Source: an uncultured Gemmatimonadales bacterium (GTDB lineage Bacteria > Gemmatimonadota > Gemmatimonadetes > Gemmatimonadales > GWC2-71-9). From it: a DNA stretch of 64,000 bases. Made by a program: the position numbers and the translations under genes. The notes beneath the pieces were generated by a model that had not been told where the DNA came from, did not search any database, and worked only from the letters and a program-made list of their open reading frames with translations. The stretch spans positions 346,642 to 410,641 of the forward strand of contig CAWETL010000003.1 of assembly GCA_963812085.1 (NCBI GenBank). The letters run 5' to 3'. This document shows, piece by piece, positions 40,038-51,300 of the stretch (its first letter is position 1; each line of letters begins with the position of its first letter).

Positions 40038-40053
40038 TGTGACGGGCATCACC
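40038..40053. promoter_or_regulatory. Putative CRP box
   Basis: TGTGA-CGGGCA-TCACC (9/10 to TGTGA-N6-TCACA), overlapping the crp stop codon. Confidence 0.55.
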
Positions 40054-40726
40054 CCGGCTTGACCGCCGCCTCCAGCGCGGCGCGGTCGAGAATGGTGACC
40101 TGGCGACGGGCGATGGTGATCACGCCGCGCTCCACGAGGTGCCGCAACGTTCGGGAGACCGTCTCGCGGCTGGCGCCGATCATCTCGGCCATCGACTGGT
40201 GCGTCAGGCGGCGCGGGAAGGTGTCGCTGCCCGCCTCCGCGGCCTGCTGCAGGAAGAGATGGGCGACGCGTCCGTTCACGTCGAGCAGGCTGAGCGCGCG
40301 GATGCGGTCGTCGGCGCGCCGGAGCCGGCGCGACAGGCCGGCGAGGAGCGCCATGCAAAGGTCGGGAGAGGCGCGCAGCCGTTCGTGAAAGGCCGCGCGA
40401 TGGAGCGTGAGCGCGTGGACCGGGGTCATCGCGATGACGTGGGCCGAGCGCGGCTCGTCATCGAGCAGCGCCATCTCGCCGAACACGGCCCCGGCGCCGA
40501 GCACGCTCAGGATGACTTCGCGGCCCGCCTCACCGATCAGCACCACTTTCACCCGGCCCTCGATGAGGACATAGAGGGTGTCGCCGGCGGCGTCCTGGCG
40601 GAGGATGGCCTGCCCGGCAGGAAATGACCGCTCGCGGCACGCGGCGGCCAAGGCGACCAGATCGCTCTCCGGGACTCCGGAGAGGATGGGGACCTTTCGC
40701 AGGATCTCGAGCGGGGACTCGATCAC
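40049..40726 (-). CDS. Crp/Fnr-family regulator (cAMP-receptor type)
   Basis: FGEMALLD.EPRSA cNMP pocket; HTH GASRETVSR. Confidence 0.92.
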   Translation of the reverse strand: MIESPLEILRKVPILSGVPESDLVALAAACRERSFPAGQAILRQDAAGDTLYVLIEGRVKVVLIGEAGREVILSVLGAGAVFGEMALLDDEPRSAHVIAMTPVHALTLHRAAFHERLRASPDLCMALLAGLSRRLRRADDRIRALSLLDVNGRVAHLFLQQAAEAGSDTFPRRLTHQSMAEMIGASRETVSRTLRHLVERGVITIARRQVTILDRAALEAAVKPG

Positions 40727-40875
40727 GTGATCTCGATGTGGAAGTGATTGCGGGGATGTTACTTAGAGGGCCCGGCGGAGTCAATTCCAAACTCGCTGAC
40801 GGGTGCGTCGTCCGCACCCGGCCGGTGGCAGAGGTGGGGGCGCCGGCTGCGTACGTGCGGCTACCGCTCACCCTG

Positions 40876-40900
40876 TAACTCGTTTATCTTTACCCGCTTG
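40876..40900. promoter_or_regulatory. 25-bp dyad motif, copy 2 (contains a TATCTT -10-like hexamer for rpmE)
   Basis: TAA CTCG TT TATCTTT AC CCGC TTG. Confidence 0.45.
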
Positions 40901-40956
40901 CGAACCCTGGCCCACCCCGGGCCTCGGCGACCAACCGACGCACCCAGGAGCCCCAC

Positions 40957-41175
40957 GTGAAGCCCGACGTCCATCCCGTCTACCAGAAGCTGACGGCCAT
41001 CTGCGCTTGCGGGAATTCCTTCGAGACCCGCTCGACCGCCAAGTCCATCCACGTCGAAGTGTGCGCGCAATGCCACCCGTACTACACCGGCAAGCAGCGC
41101 CTGATGGACACGGCAGGGCGGGTGGATCGGTTCCGCCGCCGGTACCAGGCAGGCACCGACGCCGCCAAGGCGTAG
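40957..41175 (+). CDS. rpmE: 50S ribosomal protein L31 (Zn-binding form)
   Basis: K.DVHP.Y; CACGN.F.T.ST; [10 protein letters not shown]...DT.GRVDRF. Confidence 0.97.
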   Translation: MKPDVHPVYQKLTAICACGNSFETRSTAKSIHVEVCAQCHPYYTGKQRLMDTAGRVDRFRRRYQAGTDAAKA

Positions 41176-41178
41176 GAG

Positions 41179-42243
41179 ATGGAGGCACGCCTCCGCCAGG
41201 CATTGGCCCGAGCGGAGGAGGTGGCCCGGGAGTTGTCCGACCCGGCCACCGCGCGCGATTCGAAGCGCCTGACGGCCCTCGGACGGGAACACGCCCGTCT
41301 CGGGCCGATCGCCCGGCTGGCGGAACGGCTTCGGCGCCTGGAGGATGAACTCGCTCAGGCTCGGGAGATGGCCCAGGAGGCCGATCCCGAGCTTGTAGCT
41401 TTAGCCCGCAGCGACCTCGCGCGCCTGCCCGGCGAGGTCGACGTGCTGCGCGGCGAGCTGCACGAATTGTTGCTGCCGAGAGACCCGCTCGACGACCGCG
41501 ACGCGATCGTCGAAATCAGGGCGGGCACGGGTGGAGACGAGGCCGCACTCTTCGCGGCCGATCTCTATCGCATGTACACCAGGTATTGCGAGCGCCAGGG
41601 ACTTCGGGTGGAGCTCATCTCGGAGAGCGACGCCACGCTCGGCGGGTTGCGCGAGGTGGTCTTCGCCGTCCGCGGCGAGGACGCCTTCGGGCGGCTCAGG
41701 CGTGAATCCGGCGTCCACCGTGTCCAGCGGGTCCCCGCGACCGAGACACAGGGGCGGATTCATACCTCGGCAGCCACCGTGGCGGTGCTGCCGGAAGCCG
41801 AGGAAGTGGACGTCAAGATCGAGCAGCAGCACCTCAAGATCGACGTCTTCCGGTCCTCGGGGCCGGGTGGCCAGAGCGTGAATACCACGGACAGCGCGGT
41901 CCGGATCACACACCTTCCCACCGGGTTGGTCGTGAGCCAGCAGGACCAGAAGTCCCAGTTGCAGAACAAGCTGAAGGCGATGGAGGTATTGCGGGCCCGG
42001 CTGCTCGACCGCATGATCGCCGAGCAGGAGTCGGCCCGGGCACGAGACAGGAAGGCGATGGTCGGGACCGGCGATCGCTCCGCGAAGATTCGCACCTACA
42101 ATTTTCCGCAGAGCCGCGTCACGGATCACCGGATCAACCTGTCCCTGCACAACCTTTCCGACATCATGGACGGTCGGATCGAGGAACTGGTCGAGGCGCT
42201 CCGAGTCGCCAGCAGGCAGGAGGATGCCGCCAGTGGCAGTTGA
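41179..42243 (+). CDS. prfA: Peptide chain release factor 1
   Basis: [11 protein letters not shown]; [14 protein letters not shown] (PAT); GPGGQSVN; IRTYNFPQ. Confidence 0.97.
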   Translation: MEARLRQALARAEEVARELSDPATARDSKRLTALGREHARLGPIARLAERLRRLEDELAQAREMAQEADPELVALARSDLARLPGEVDVLRGELHELLLPRDPLDDRDAIVEIRAGTGGDEAALFAADLYRMYTRYCERQGLRVELISESDATLGGLREVVFAVRGEDAFGRLRRESGVHRVQRVPATETQGRIHTSAATVAVLPEAEEVDVKIEQQHLKIDVFRSSGPGGQSVNTTDSAVRITHLPTGLVVSQQDQKSQLQNKLKAMEVLRARLLDRMIAEQESARARDRKAMVGTGDRSAKIRTYNFPQSRVTDHRINLSLHNLSDIMDGRIEELVEALRVASRQEDAASGS

Positions 42244-43090
42244 GGCCGTGCTCACCGCCGGTTCGGCGCTGAACTCGGCCGCCGAGCGATTGGCCGGCTC
42301 GGGGATTCCCGAGGCCCGGCGCGAGGCGGCCCGGCTCGCGGAGGCCGCGTGGGACCTGCCCGCCGGCCAGGCGCGGCTGAGTCCCGACCGGGCGATCGCC
42401 GCAGAGGCACTGGATCGGTTGTCCGTGCTGGTTGGGCGCCGGGCTGCAGGCGAGCCGCTGGCGCACGTCGTGGGCCTGGCGGGCTTTCGGCGGCTGACGC
42501 TCCTGTCGGATTCGCGCGCGCTCATCCCGCGCCCTGAAACCGAAGGGCTCGTCGCTCTCGTCTTGGAGAGGATATCCACCGGTGTGGCGGCCGACGTGTG
42601 CACGGGCAGCGGGTGCATCGCGCTCGCCCTGGCGCAGGAGGGTCAATATGACCGGGTCATCGGCACCGACTGTTCCGGAGACGCCCTCGCGCTGGCCCGA
42701 CAGAACGCCGAGCGGACCGAGCTCCAGGTCGAGTGGAGGCAGGGGGACCTCACCGCCCCCCTGGGCAGCGAGCGGCTCGACCTGCTGGTGGCGAATCCGC
42801 CCTACCTGACGGCGGCGGAATACGCCACGCTGGATCGCTCGGTCGCCGACTGGGAGCCTGCGCTGGCGCTCGCGAGCGGCGCCGACGGACTCGCCATTAC
42901 GCGGCGCCTGATAGCGGAGGCGGCTACCGTCGTGAAGCCCGGCGGATGGCTGGCGCTGGAGGTGGACTGTACACGGGCGGCCGACGTGGCCGACCTCGCG
43001 GCGGGCTCCGGTTGGACGGAATCGGCCGTGTATCAAGACCTCTACGGCCGCGCGCGCTTCGTGCTCGCGCGGAGGAGTGAATCGTCGTGA
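42224..43090 (+). CDS. prmC: Release factor glutamine methyltransferase
   Basis: LIPRPETE; D.CTGSG.IA; NPPY; follows prfA; exact start uncertain. Confidence 0.93.
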   Translation: MPPVAVEAVLTAGSALNSAAERLAGSGIPEARREAARLAEAAWDLPAGQARLSPDRAIAAEALDRLSVLVGRRAAGEPLAHVVGLAGFRRLTLLSDSRALIPRPETEGLVALVLERISTGVAADVCTGSGCIALALAQEGQYDRVIGTDCSGDALALARQNAERTELQVEWRQGDLTAPLGSERLDLLVANPPYLTAAEYATLDRSVADWEPALALASGADGLAITRRLIAEAATVVKPGGWLALEVDCTRAADVADLAAGSGWTESAVYQDLYGRARFVLARRSESS

Positions 43091-43437
43091 TCTGGGAGAA
43101 GGCGCGCGACCTCGGCCGCATGATCGGCCAGGCCAACGAATACAAGACCCTCCGCCGCACCGAACAGGCGCTGCGGGAAGACGCTCCCACGGTGGCCAAG
43201 CTGGAAGCGATCCAGCTGCTCGCCACCAAGGTGGACCAGATGATGGCGGCCGGGCAGATGCCCGACCAGGAGACGACGACCGCCTACGAGACGGCCGTGC
43301 GGGAGCTCGAGGTGAGCCCCACGGGACAGGCGTACGCCGTGGCCCGCGCCAACTTCGAGAAGCTGATGACCAAGGTGAACCAGGAAATCAGCGACGGGAT
43401 GGAACAGGGCGCCACGAGCAGCATCATCACCCTCTGA
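43087..43437 (+). CDS. YlbF/YmcA-like helical protein
   Basis: I.EKA.DLG..I....EY..L; Y..A...F.KLM..VNQ.I pattern; coupled to prmC and tmk. Confidence 0.65.
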   Translation: MIWEKARDLGRMIGQANEYKTLRRTEQALREDAPTVAKLEAIQLLATKVDQMMAAGQMPDQETTTAYETAVRELEVSPTGQAYAVARANFEKLMTKVNQEISDGMEQGATSSIITL

Positions 43438-44072
43438 TGCATCGACCGGGGTCGTTCGTGGTGGTCGAAGGCCCTGAGGGCTCGGGAAAATCGACCTTGG
43501 TGCGGGGGCTGGCGGCCCGCATGCGGGCCGCCGGGACGGACCCGGTGGTGGTCAGGGAGCCGGGCGGCACTTCGGTGGCGGAATCGGTGCGGCAGGCGCT
43601 GCTGGAGTCCGATCACACGGTCTCGCCGGTGGCGGAGTTGTTCCTGTTCCTCGCCGCCCGGGCGGACCTCACGGCGCAGGTGCTCCGGCCGGCGCTGGAG
43701 GCGGGGCGGGTCGTCCTGGCCGATCGATTCACGCTCTCGACCGAGATCTACCAGGTCGTCGGGCGCGGGTTGGACGCCGGGCTGGTGGCCGCGGGCAACC
43801 AGGCGGCCACGGGCGGGCTCCGGCCCGAGCTCACCCTGGTGCTGGACCTGCCACCCGGAGTCGGACGCGGCCGGCAGGAGGCCGCGGGCAAGGCGCTGGA
43901 CCGCCTGGACCGCGAATCGACCAGTTTTCACGAACGGATCTGCGAGGCGTACGCGGCCGCCACGGGCGCGGGGCTTCGGCATCTCGATGGCACCTGGCCA
44001 AGCGAACGGTTGCTCGAGGCGGCGTGGACGGCCGTGACGGACGCTCGGCCTGACCTTTGGAGGAATTCATGA
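43437..44072 (+). CDS. tmk: Thymidylate kinase
   Basis: F.V.EG.EGSGKST; REPGG; E.FLF.A.RA; DRF..ST..YQ; P.LT..LD. Confidence 0.95.
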   Translation: MHRPGSFVVVEGPEGSGKSTLVRGLAARMRAAGTDPVVVREPGGTSVAESVRQALLESDHTVSPVAELFLFLAARADLTAQVLRPALEAGRVVLADRFTLSTEIYQVVGRGLDAGLVAAGNQAATGGLRPELTLVLDLPPGVGRGRQEAAGKALDRLDRESTSFHERICEAYAAATGAGLRHLDGTWPSERLLEAAWTAVTDARPDLWRNS

Positions 44073-45712
44073 AGCAGCGCTGGTGGCTCATGGTCGTGGT
44101 GGCAGGCATCTCGTTCCTTTCGGGCGGATGGCTGCTGCAGCGGAGCGTGAACAACGACGGCGGCGTCTACCAGGGCGCCCGCCTGTTCGACGACGTGCTT
44201 TCCCGGGTGCAGAATTTCTACGTGGACAGCGTCGGCGAGGCCAACCTGTACCAGAAGGCCACCGAGGGGATGCTGGACCAGCTCCACGACCCCTACTCGG
44301 TGCTGCTGCAAGGGGAGAACTACAAGCTCCTGACCGAGTCCACCACCGGCAACTACGGCGGCCTCGGCATCCAGATCGACGTGCGAGACGGGTGGATCAC
44401 CGTCGTGGCCCCGCTGCCGGACACCCCTGCCGAGGTGGCGGGGATCCAGACCGGCGACCAGATCACGGCGATCGACGGCACGAGCACGGAGGGCTGGGCC
44501 TCGGACAAGGCGGTGAGCACGCTTCGCGGCCCCGCCGGCAGCTCGGTGACGCTGACCGTTCGGCGGGCCGGGGTCGCCAGCCCGATGGAGTTCAAGCTGA
44601 CGCGGGCCCAGATCCACAACCGGTCGGTCATCTCGCCGATGATCTTCCCGAAGACCGTCGGGTACATCGCGCTGACGGTCGTCAGCCAGTCGTCGACCGA
44701 CGAGCTCAAGCAGGGCATCGACAGCCTGCGGAAGTCGGGCGCCACGTCCCTGATCCTCGACCTGCGCGGCAACCCGGGCGGATTGCTCGACGAAGGGGTG
44801 GACGTCTCCGACCTCTTCCTCAATCCCGGGCAGGAAGTGGTCTCCACGCGGGGCCGCGCTCCCGGTTCCTCGGAACAGTATTTCGATTCGAAGCCACAGG
44901 CCTGGCCCGCGATGCCGATCGTGGTGCTGGTGGACGTCGGCTCGGCGAGCGCCGCGGAAATCATCGCGGGCGCCCTGCAGGACCATGACCGGGCTCTCGT
45001 CGTCGGCGTGCCGACCTTCGGCAAGGGACTGGTCCAGTCGGTCTTCCGGATCGAGCCGGGCACCGCGCTCAAGCTCACCACGGCGCGGTGGTACACGCCG
45101 AGCGGCCGGACCATCCAGCGCATGGCGACGGACGAGCGCGACCAGGTCGCGCAGGCGATGCTGGCGGCGGACAACGGCGGTGTCGTGCCGGACTCCGTGC
45201 TGAAGGCGAAGGGCGACTCGTCCAAGCTGCCGCAGTTCAAGACCGACGACGGGCGCACCGTGATCGGCGGCGGCGGGATCGTGCCCGACCTGATCGTCCG
45301 GCAGGACACCCTGACCACGCCGGAGCGCGAGTTCGCCAAAGCGCTCGGCGCCAAGGTGCCGGCCTACTATGACGTGCTGACGACCTACGCGCTCGAGATG
45401 AAGAAAGCCGGCACGGTGACGTCGCCGGCGTTTTCCGTGACGCCGGCCATGCGGGCGGAGGTGTACCGTCGCCTCGAGGCCAAGGGCGTCACGATGTCGC
45501 AACCGGTGTTCGATGGCGCGAGCACCCTGGTCAACGACCAGCTTGGCTACGCGATCTCCCGGTACGTGTTCGGCCGCCCCGCGGAGTTTCGTCGCCGCGC
45601 CGCGGACGATCAGCAGCTCCAGGTGGCCATCGGGTTGCTGGGGAAGGCCGCGACGCCACAGGCGCTGATCGCCCTGGCGGCCGCGGAGCAGCCCAAGCCA
45701 GTCAAGCACTAG
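44069..45712 (+). CDS. S41 C-terminal processing peptidase (PDZ)
   Basis: LHDPYS; GGLGI; LDLRGNPGGLL; SASAAEI.AGALQD; TFGKGLVQ; LTTARWYTPSGR. Confidence 0.95.
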   Translation: MKQRWWLMVVVAGISFLSGGWLLQRSVNNDGGVYQGARLFDDVLSRVQNFYVDSVGEANLYQKATEGMLDQLHDPYSVLLQGENYKLLTESTTGNYGGLGIQIDVRDGWITVVAPLPDTPAEVAGIQTGDQITAIDGTSTEGWASDKAVSTLRGPAGSSVTLTVRRAGVASPMEFKLTRAQIHNRSVISPMIFPKTVGYIALTVVSQSSTDELKQGIDSLRKSGATSLILDLRGNPGGLLDEGVDVSDLFLNPGQEVVSTRGRAPGSSEQYFDSKPQAWPAMPIVVLVDVGSASAAEIIAGALQDHDRALVVGVPTFGKGLVQSVFRIEPGTALKLTTARWYTPSGRTIQRMATDERDQVAQAMLAADNGGVVPDSVLKAKGDSSKLPQFKTDDGRTVIGGGGIVPDLIVRQDTLTTPEREFAKALGAKVPAYYDVLTTYALEMKKAGTVTSPAFSVTPAMRAEVYRRLEAKGVTMSQPVFDGASTLVNDQLGYAISRYVFGRPAEFRRRAADDQQLQVAIGLLGKAATPQALIALAAAEQPKPVKH

Positions 45713-45716
45713 CGTC

Positions 45717-46574
45717 GTGTCGCTTCGCGTCGCCGTGATCGGCGCGGGCCGGATGGGCCAGGGCATTGCCCTGGCCCTTTCGCGTTCCGGGGCCTCGGTG
45801 ACACTGCTCGGGCGAGTGGAGAAACCGGTTCCGCCTCCGCTCACGTTGCGCATCGATCGGTGGGCGGAGGCCTGTGCATTGGCGGAGGTCGTCCTCATCG
45901 CGGTGCCCGACGCCGCCATCGGCGACGTGGCCAGTGAGCTGCTCCGGGGAGGGGCCGTCCGCCGCGACCACGTGATCCTCCACCTCTCGGGGCTGCTCGA
46001 CCGCGCGGCGCTCGAGGGACTGGCGCCTACCGGCGCCAGCCTGGGTTCCTTCCACCCGCTCCAGACGGTGGCGGAACCGCTCACCGCCGCGGAGCGCTTC
46101 CGCGGGGCATATGCCGGGGTGGAGGGCGATCCCGCGGCCGTCACCGCCGGGGAGCGGCTCGCCGGGCTGCTCGGGATGACGCCGGTCCGGATTCCCCCAG
46201 GCGCCAAGGTGGCCTACCACGTGGGCGCCACGCTCGTGGCCAACTACTCCGTCGCCCTCGTCGCGATGGCGGTTCGCCTGGCGGAGCAGGCGGGAATTCC
46301 CCCGGCCGCGGCGGCGAGGCTCTACCTGCCGCTCCTTCACGGGGCCGCGGACAACCTCGACCGGCTCGCCCCGGCCGCGGCGCTCACCGGCGCGATCCGC
46401 CGGGGAGACGCCGGCACGGTCGAGGCGCACCTCTCCGTGCTGAGCCCGGCGGACCGCGTCCTCTACGCGGCGCTCGGCCGGGAGGCGCTGGCGCTGGCGC
46501 GCGCGGCCGGGCTTCCCGCAGGGGCGGCGGAAGCGGTGGAGCGCGTGTTGGAGGCGGGAATCAGCGGTCGATGA
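45717..46574 (+). CDS. Rossmann + DUF2520 oxidoreductase (PanG-like)
   Basis: IGAGRMG; AVPD..I; H.SG; SFHPLQT; K..YH; LTG.I.RGD..TV..HL. Confidence 0.85.
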   Translation: MSLRVAVIGAGRMGQGIALALSRSGASVTLLGRVEKPVPPPLTLRIDRWAEACALAEVVLIAVPDAAIGDVASELLRGGAVRRDHVILHLSGLLDRAALEGLAPTGASLGSFHPLQTVAEPLTAAERFRGAYAGVEGDPAAVTAGERLAGLLGMTPVRIPPGAKVAYHVGATLVANYSVALVAMAVRLAEQAGIPPAAAARLYLPLLHGAADNLDRLAPAAALTGAIRRGDAGTVEAHLSVLSPADRVLYAALGREALALARAAGLPAGAAEAVERVLEAGISGR

Positions 46575-47214
46575 CCTTGACGCCCCTCGGGGGCGTGAAC
46601 ACGAAGGCGTCGGCTGGCAGGGGCGCGTTGGGCTTGAGATGGGAAAGGGTCAGGGTGCGGTGATTGCCGGAGCGTTCCGTGACCTCGATCCGGCGGGGCA
46701 GGGCATCGCTTCGCGCCAGCCAGAGGGTGGCCGAAGTGAACGGCAGGCCCTCCACGGTCGGCGTCAGCCCCAGGACATCCACCGCGGTGCCGTCCACTGT
46801 GTCCTTCCGCAGGTAGCTGGCGCGGTAGCGCTCCGCCGGACGGTCGAGCAGCCAGCCCAGCAGGTTGACCCCGTATCCCGACGCGCTCGCAATCGGGACC
46901 CGCAGGACCTGCCCCGGCGCCGTGCTCGGGGTGTAGATCCAGATGTAGGTGCCGTCGATGACGATGGCTTCGTTCTTCGGATCCGAGAAGCGCATGGCGA
47001 GCCGGGACGCCCCGGCCTGCGCGAGGGCGCCCCGGCTCCTGAAGGTGCCGATCATCTCGCTGCTCACGACCTGGTCGAAATCGGCGCCGAGAGACTGCAA
47101 CTGCCGGTAGCGGTCGGCGGTGCGCTGCAGGATGGCGGCCGCGTCCTGCGCGCGGGCGGCGGAGGCGGACAGCAGGAGCAGGAGGGAGCACAGGGCGAGC
47201 ACCCGCACCCTCAT
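46561..47214 (-). CDS. lolA: Outer-membrane lipoprotein carrier LolA
   Basis: Signal; L.ADF.Q; P....IV.DG..IW.Y.P...QV; F.F.PP.GV.VID. Confidence 0.82.
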   Translation of the reverse strand: MRVRVLALCSLLLLLSASAARAQDAAAILQRTADRYRQLQSLGADFDQVVSSEMIGTFRSRGALAQAGASRLAMRFSDPKNEAIVIDGTYIWIYTPSTAPGQVLRVPIASASGYGVNLLGWLLDRPAERYRASYLRKDTVDGTAVDVLGLTPTVEGLPFTSATLWLARSDALPRRIEVTERSGNHRTLTLSHLKPNAPLPADAFVFTPPRGVKVIDR

Positions 47215-48251
47215 GCGCGGGACCCCACCGGTTCGGCGATGCGCCGGCCGATCGCCTCGGCGATGAGCCGGAGCTCCCCCATCATCTTCTCGAACTGCTC
47301 CGGCCGGAGGCTCTGCGCGCCGTCGGAGAGCGCGCGGTCCGGGTTCGGGTGCACTTCCACCAGGATGCCGTCCGCGCCCGCCGCCACCGCCGCGCGCGCC
47401 ATGGCCGGCACCATGTCCCGTCGCCCGGTGCCATGGCTTGGGTCGGCGATGATGGGCAGGTGCGAGAGGCCGTGCACGATCGGGATGGCGCTCAGGTCGA
47501 GCAGGTTGCGGGTCTGGGTGTCGTAGCTCCGGATGCCGCGCTCGCAGAGGATGACGTCGGGGTTCCCCTCGGCCAGGATGTACTCGGCCGCCAGCAGCAG
47601 CTCCTGGATGGTCGCGGCGATGCCGCGCTTGAGCAGCACCGGCTTGCCGGCGCGGCCGGCCCGGCGGAGCAGCGAGTAATTCTGCATGTTCCGAGCGCCG
47701 ATCTGGACGATGTCGGCCACTTCGGCCACGTGGTCGACCCCTTCGGGGTCGACCGCCTCGGTGACGATCAGCAGGCCGGTCTCCCGGCGGGCGCGGGCCA
47801 GCAGCTCCAGGCCGGCGCGGCCGAGGCCCTGGAACGAGTACGGCGAACTGCGCGGCTTGAAGGCGCCGGCCCGCAGGATCGTGGCGCCCGCCTCCTTCAC
47901 CGCGTGGGCCGCGGCGAGAATCTGGGCCTCGCTCTCGACGGAGCAGGGTCCGGCCATCACCAGCACATCTTCGCCCCCGATGGTCAGGCCGCCGGGGAGG
48001 CGCACCACGGTGGACTCGGCCTTCCACTCCCGCGAGACCTGCTTGTACGGCTGGGTGATGTAGATGATTTCCTGCACCCCGTCGAGCGCCATGATGCGGG
48101 CGCCGTCCACGCGGCCGTCGTGGCCCACCAGGCCCACCGACGTCCGCTGCCGGCCGCGCATCGGGCACGCCTGGTAGCCCATCTCCTCGATTGTCTCGAC
48201 GACGCCCCGGATATCCTCCTCCCGGGCGTCGTGGCGCATCACGACCAGCAT
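47211..48251 (-). CDS. aroF: DAHP synthase (type I-beta, N-terminal regulatory domain)
   Basis: AGPCSVE; [14 protein letters not shown]; QIGARNMQN; LKRG; CERGIR; DPSH; EVHP; SDG.Q. Confidence 0.95.
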   Translation of the reverse strand: MLVVMRHDAREEDIRGVVETIEEMGYQACPMRGRQRTSVGLVGHDGRVDGARIMALDGVQEIIYITQPYKQVSREWKAESTVVRLPGGLTIGGEDVLVMAGPCSVESEAQILAAAHAVKEAGATILRAGAFKPRSSPYSFQGLGRAGLELLARARRETGLLIVTEAVDPEGVDHVAEVADIVQIGARNMQNYSLLRRAGRAGKPVLLKRGIAATIQELLLAAEYILAEGNPDVILCERGIRSYDTQTRNLLDLSAIPIVHGLSHLPIIADPSHGTGRRDMVPAMARAAVAAGADGILVEVHPNPDRALSDGAQSLRPEQFEKMMGELRLIAEAIGRRIAEPVGSRA

Positions 48252-48340
48252 GCTAGGTCACTCGCAGGTGGCGAGACTGACGACTTCCATCGGAATTCAC
48301 CCTTCAATACTACCCCGGACCGGCTCAAACCGCCTCCCGG

Positions 48341-51300
48341 TCAGACCGCCGCCTCCCCGAGCCGGACGCCCACGATGGTGGACACTCCGGGTTCCTGCAT
48401 CGTCACGCCGTAGACCGCGTCGGCCGACTGCATCGTCCGCGGGTTGTGGGTGATGACCAGGAACTGGCTGCTGTGCTTGAACTCGTCCAGCAGCCGGGTG
48501 AAACGGCCGACGTTCGAGTCGTCGAGCGGCGCGTCCACTTCGTCCATGAGGCAGAACGGGCTCGGCTTGGTCAGGTAGATGCTGAACAGGAGCGACACGG
48601 CCACGAGGGTCCGCTCCCCGCTCGAGAGCAGGTGGATCCGCTGCGTGCGCTTGCCCCGGGGCGCGGCGTGAATCTCGATCTCGCTCTCCAGCGGATCGGC
48701 CTCGTCGGCCAGGCGGAGGTCGCACTCGCCGCCGCCGAAGAGGGTCTGGAAGACCGTCAGGAAGTTGGCGCGAACCGCCGTGAAGGTCGTCAGGAACATC
48801 GCCTCGGCGGTGCCGTCGATTTCGCGGATGGCCTGCTGGAGCGACTGCCGCGCGGCCACCAGGTCGTCCCGCTGCGCCGCGAGGAACTCGAGGCGCTTGC
48901 TCTCCTCCACGTACTCCTCGACCGCAAGCGGGTTCACCACGCCGATGCTTTCCAGCGCGCCCGCGATCCGCGCCGACTCGGCCTCGAGGGTCTCGAGGTC
49001 GAGGTCGAGGAAGGGCGCGCCGTCGAACAGCTGGTCGATCGGGCGCTTCCACTCCGTTTCCACCCGTTCGACGATTCGCCGCCGTTCCGCCCCGGCTTCC
49101 GACAGCTCGAGCTGGAGCCGGTGGTGCTCCTCGGTCGACCGCTCGAGGCCGTCACGGTCGTCGTGGAGCTGACGTTCGGTTCCGAGCAGGGCCTCGTCGG
49201 CGACCGACAGGGCGCCTTCCGCGTCGGCGGCGGCCGCTTCGAGCTCGAGCAGCGTCACCCGGCGTTCCGCGCGCTCCTCCTGCCAGACGTTCTGCTGGGC
49301 CCCGATCAGGGCCGCATCGTCTTCAAGCTGTGTCAACTCCCCGGCCAGGGCCGCCGCGGAGCCGGCCGCCTCGGTGCCGAGATGCTCGGCCCGGGCCAGC
49401 CGTTCGCGGGCGCCGAGCAGCCGGGCCTCGACGTGCGCGAGCTGTACCTGCCAGTGCACCCGCTGTTCACGGGCCGACTCCTGTTCGGCCTCGAGTTCCG
49501 CGAGACGGGCGCGGCCCTCGCCGAGCGATTCGTCCAGGCGGACCTTGGCGAGCTCACCTTCCGTGAGCGCGGTGTCCACGTCGCGGAGCCGCGCCTCGGA
49601 GGCAGCGAGCCGTTCCGAGACCCGGGCCACTTGTGCGTCCGACTCCTGGAGCTCGCGGGTGCGGGTCTCGACGAGGCGCTCGGCGTCCGCCCTGGCGGCG
49701 GCGCCCAGTCGCTCCGCCTCGCGGGCGCGGTCGGCGAGCTCGGTCGCCGAGGAGAGTCCGCGCTCGAGTTCGCCCAGCCGGGCCACCGTGGCGGACACGG
49801 CTGCCTCCGCCGCGGCGAGCGTCTCGCGCGCGCTGCGGAGGTCGCCGCCGAGCGATTCGAGCTCTGCCCGGCGCCGGAGGGGGCCGGAGGGCGCGCCGAT
49901 GCCGGAGAGCAGCACGGCGCCGTTGCTCCGCCGGAGCGCCCGGCCCGTCGGGTCGAGCACTTCGGAACCGCCCAGCAGCGCGCGAACCCAGCGGGCGGCG
50001 GAGGGATCTTCGACGCGGAGCACGTGCTCGAGGGGGTGCGTCCCGCCGTCACGGGCAGGCCCGCGCTCGGCCGAGAGCAGGACGATCGCGCCGGGGTCCG
50101 TCTCGGCGTGCCAGCGTTGCACATCGCGGACGGTCGCTTCGTCCCGGACCAGCACGGCGTGCACCCACTCGCCGAGGAGCTTTTCGGCGAGCTCGGCGTC
50201 GTCCGCGCCGGTGCGGAGGAAATCGCTGAGGGGGCCGAGCACCCCGCCGCCGAAGCGGGCCCGGGCCGCGAGGAGGGCCGCCGCGCCGGGGGCCAGGCCG
50301 ACGCGGTCGCGCTCCAATTCCGCCAGGGCCTCGTGCCGCGCCGCGTGCTGCGCCACGGTCTCCTCGGCCCGCCGCCGGTCGGACCGCGCCATGGCCTCGT
50401 GCTCACGCGTCTCCGCGAGAAGATGCCGAGCCCGCTCCGCCTCGGCGGCGGCCGACCGGTGCGCCGCCACGAGGCGGTCGGCTTCGGTGGCGAGCGCGTC
50501 GCGGCGGTGGGTGGCGGCGTCGAGCTCCTGGCGCAGGCTGTCGCGGAGGGCCGCCGCCTGGGTCGCCCGGTCGCGCAAGGCGACGAGGTCGGTCTCGAGG
50601 GCGGTCCGCTCCCCTTCGAGCGAGCGCAGCGTCTGCGCCTGGCGCTGGAGTTCCTCTTCCAGCTGGCGGACCTGGGCCCGCTGTTCGGTCAGGCGGCTCC
50701 GCACGGCGTCCTCGACGCTCGCACGGCCCTGCAGCTCGCCCTGGATCCGGTCGTAGTCGGCCTGCGCCGCGTCGCGTTCCTGCAGCGCCGCGTCCCGCTC
50801 GCGAGCCGCCTGCTGGGCGCGCTGCTCCATCGCCCCGCGTTCCTCGATGGCGCGGACCCGACGGTTCGACGCGTTCGCCAGCCGCTCCGCGGCGAGGTTG
50901 AGGTCCCCTTCGAGGCGTCCGAGGTTGACCCGCACTTCGCCCAGCCGCCGGGCGATGTCGGTGCGGGCGGCCTCGGCGGCCGCGCGGCGCCGGGCGGCTT
51001 CCTCGCGCTCGACCTCCACGGCGGCCAGCGCTTCGCGACGCTCGGGGAGGGTCCCCGACAGCTCGGCGTGGCGGGCTTCCTTGTCGCGCACCTCGCCGCT
51101 CAGCCGGTCGAGGTGCCGGCGCGCGAGCGTGAGCTGGACGGCGAACTTCTCCTCGGTGAGCTTCGCGTGGCGTTCGGCGCGCCCGCGCTGACGGGCCAGG
51201 CTCCGGAGCTGCGACTGCACCTCGGCCACCAGGTCCTCGACGCGCTGCAGGTCCAGCGCGGTCTCCTCGAGGCGCCGCTCCGTGCTGTGCTTCCGGTCGC

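Noticed and set aside
40721-40732. Palindrome GATCACGTGATC over the crp start codon
   Set aside because: Does not match CRP-box spacing; a single 12-mer can be chance.
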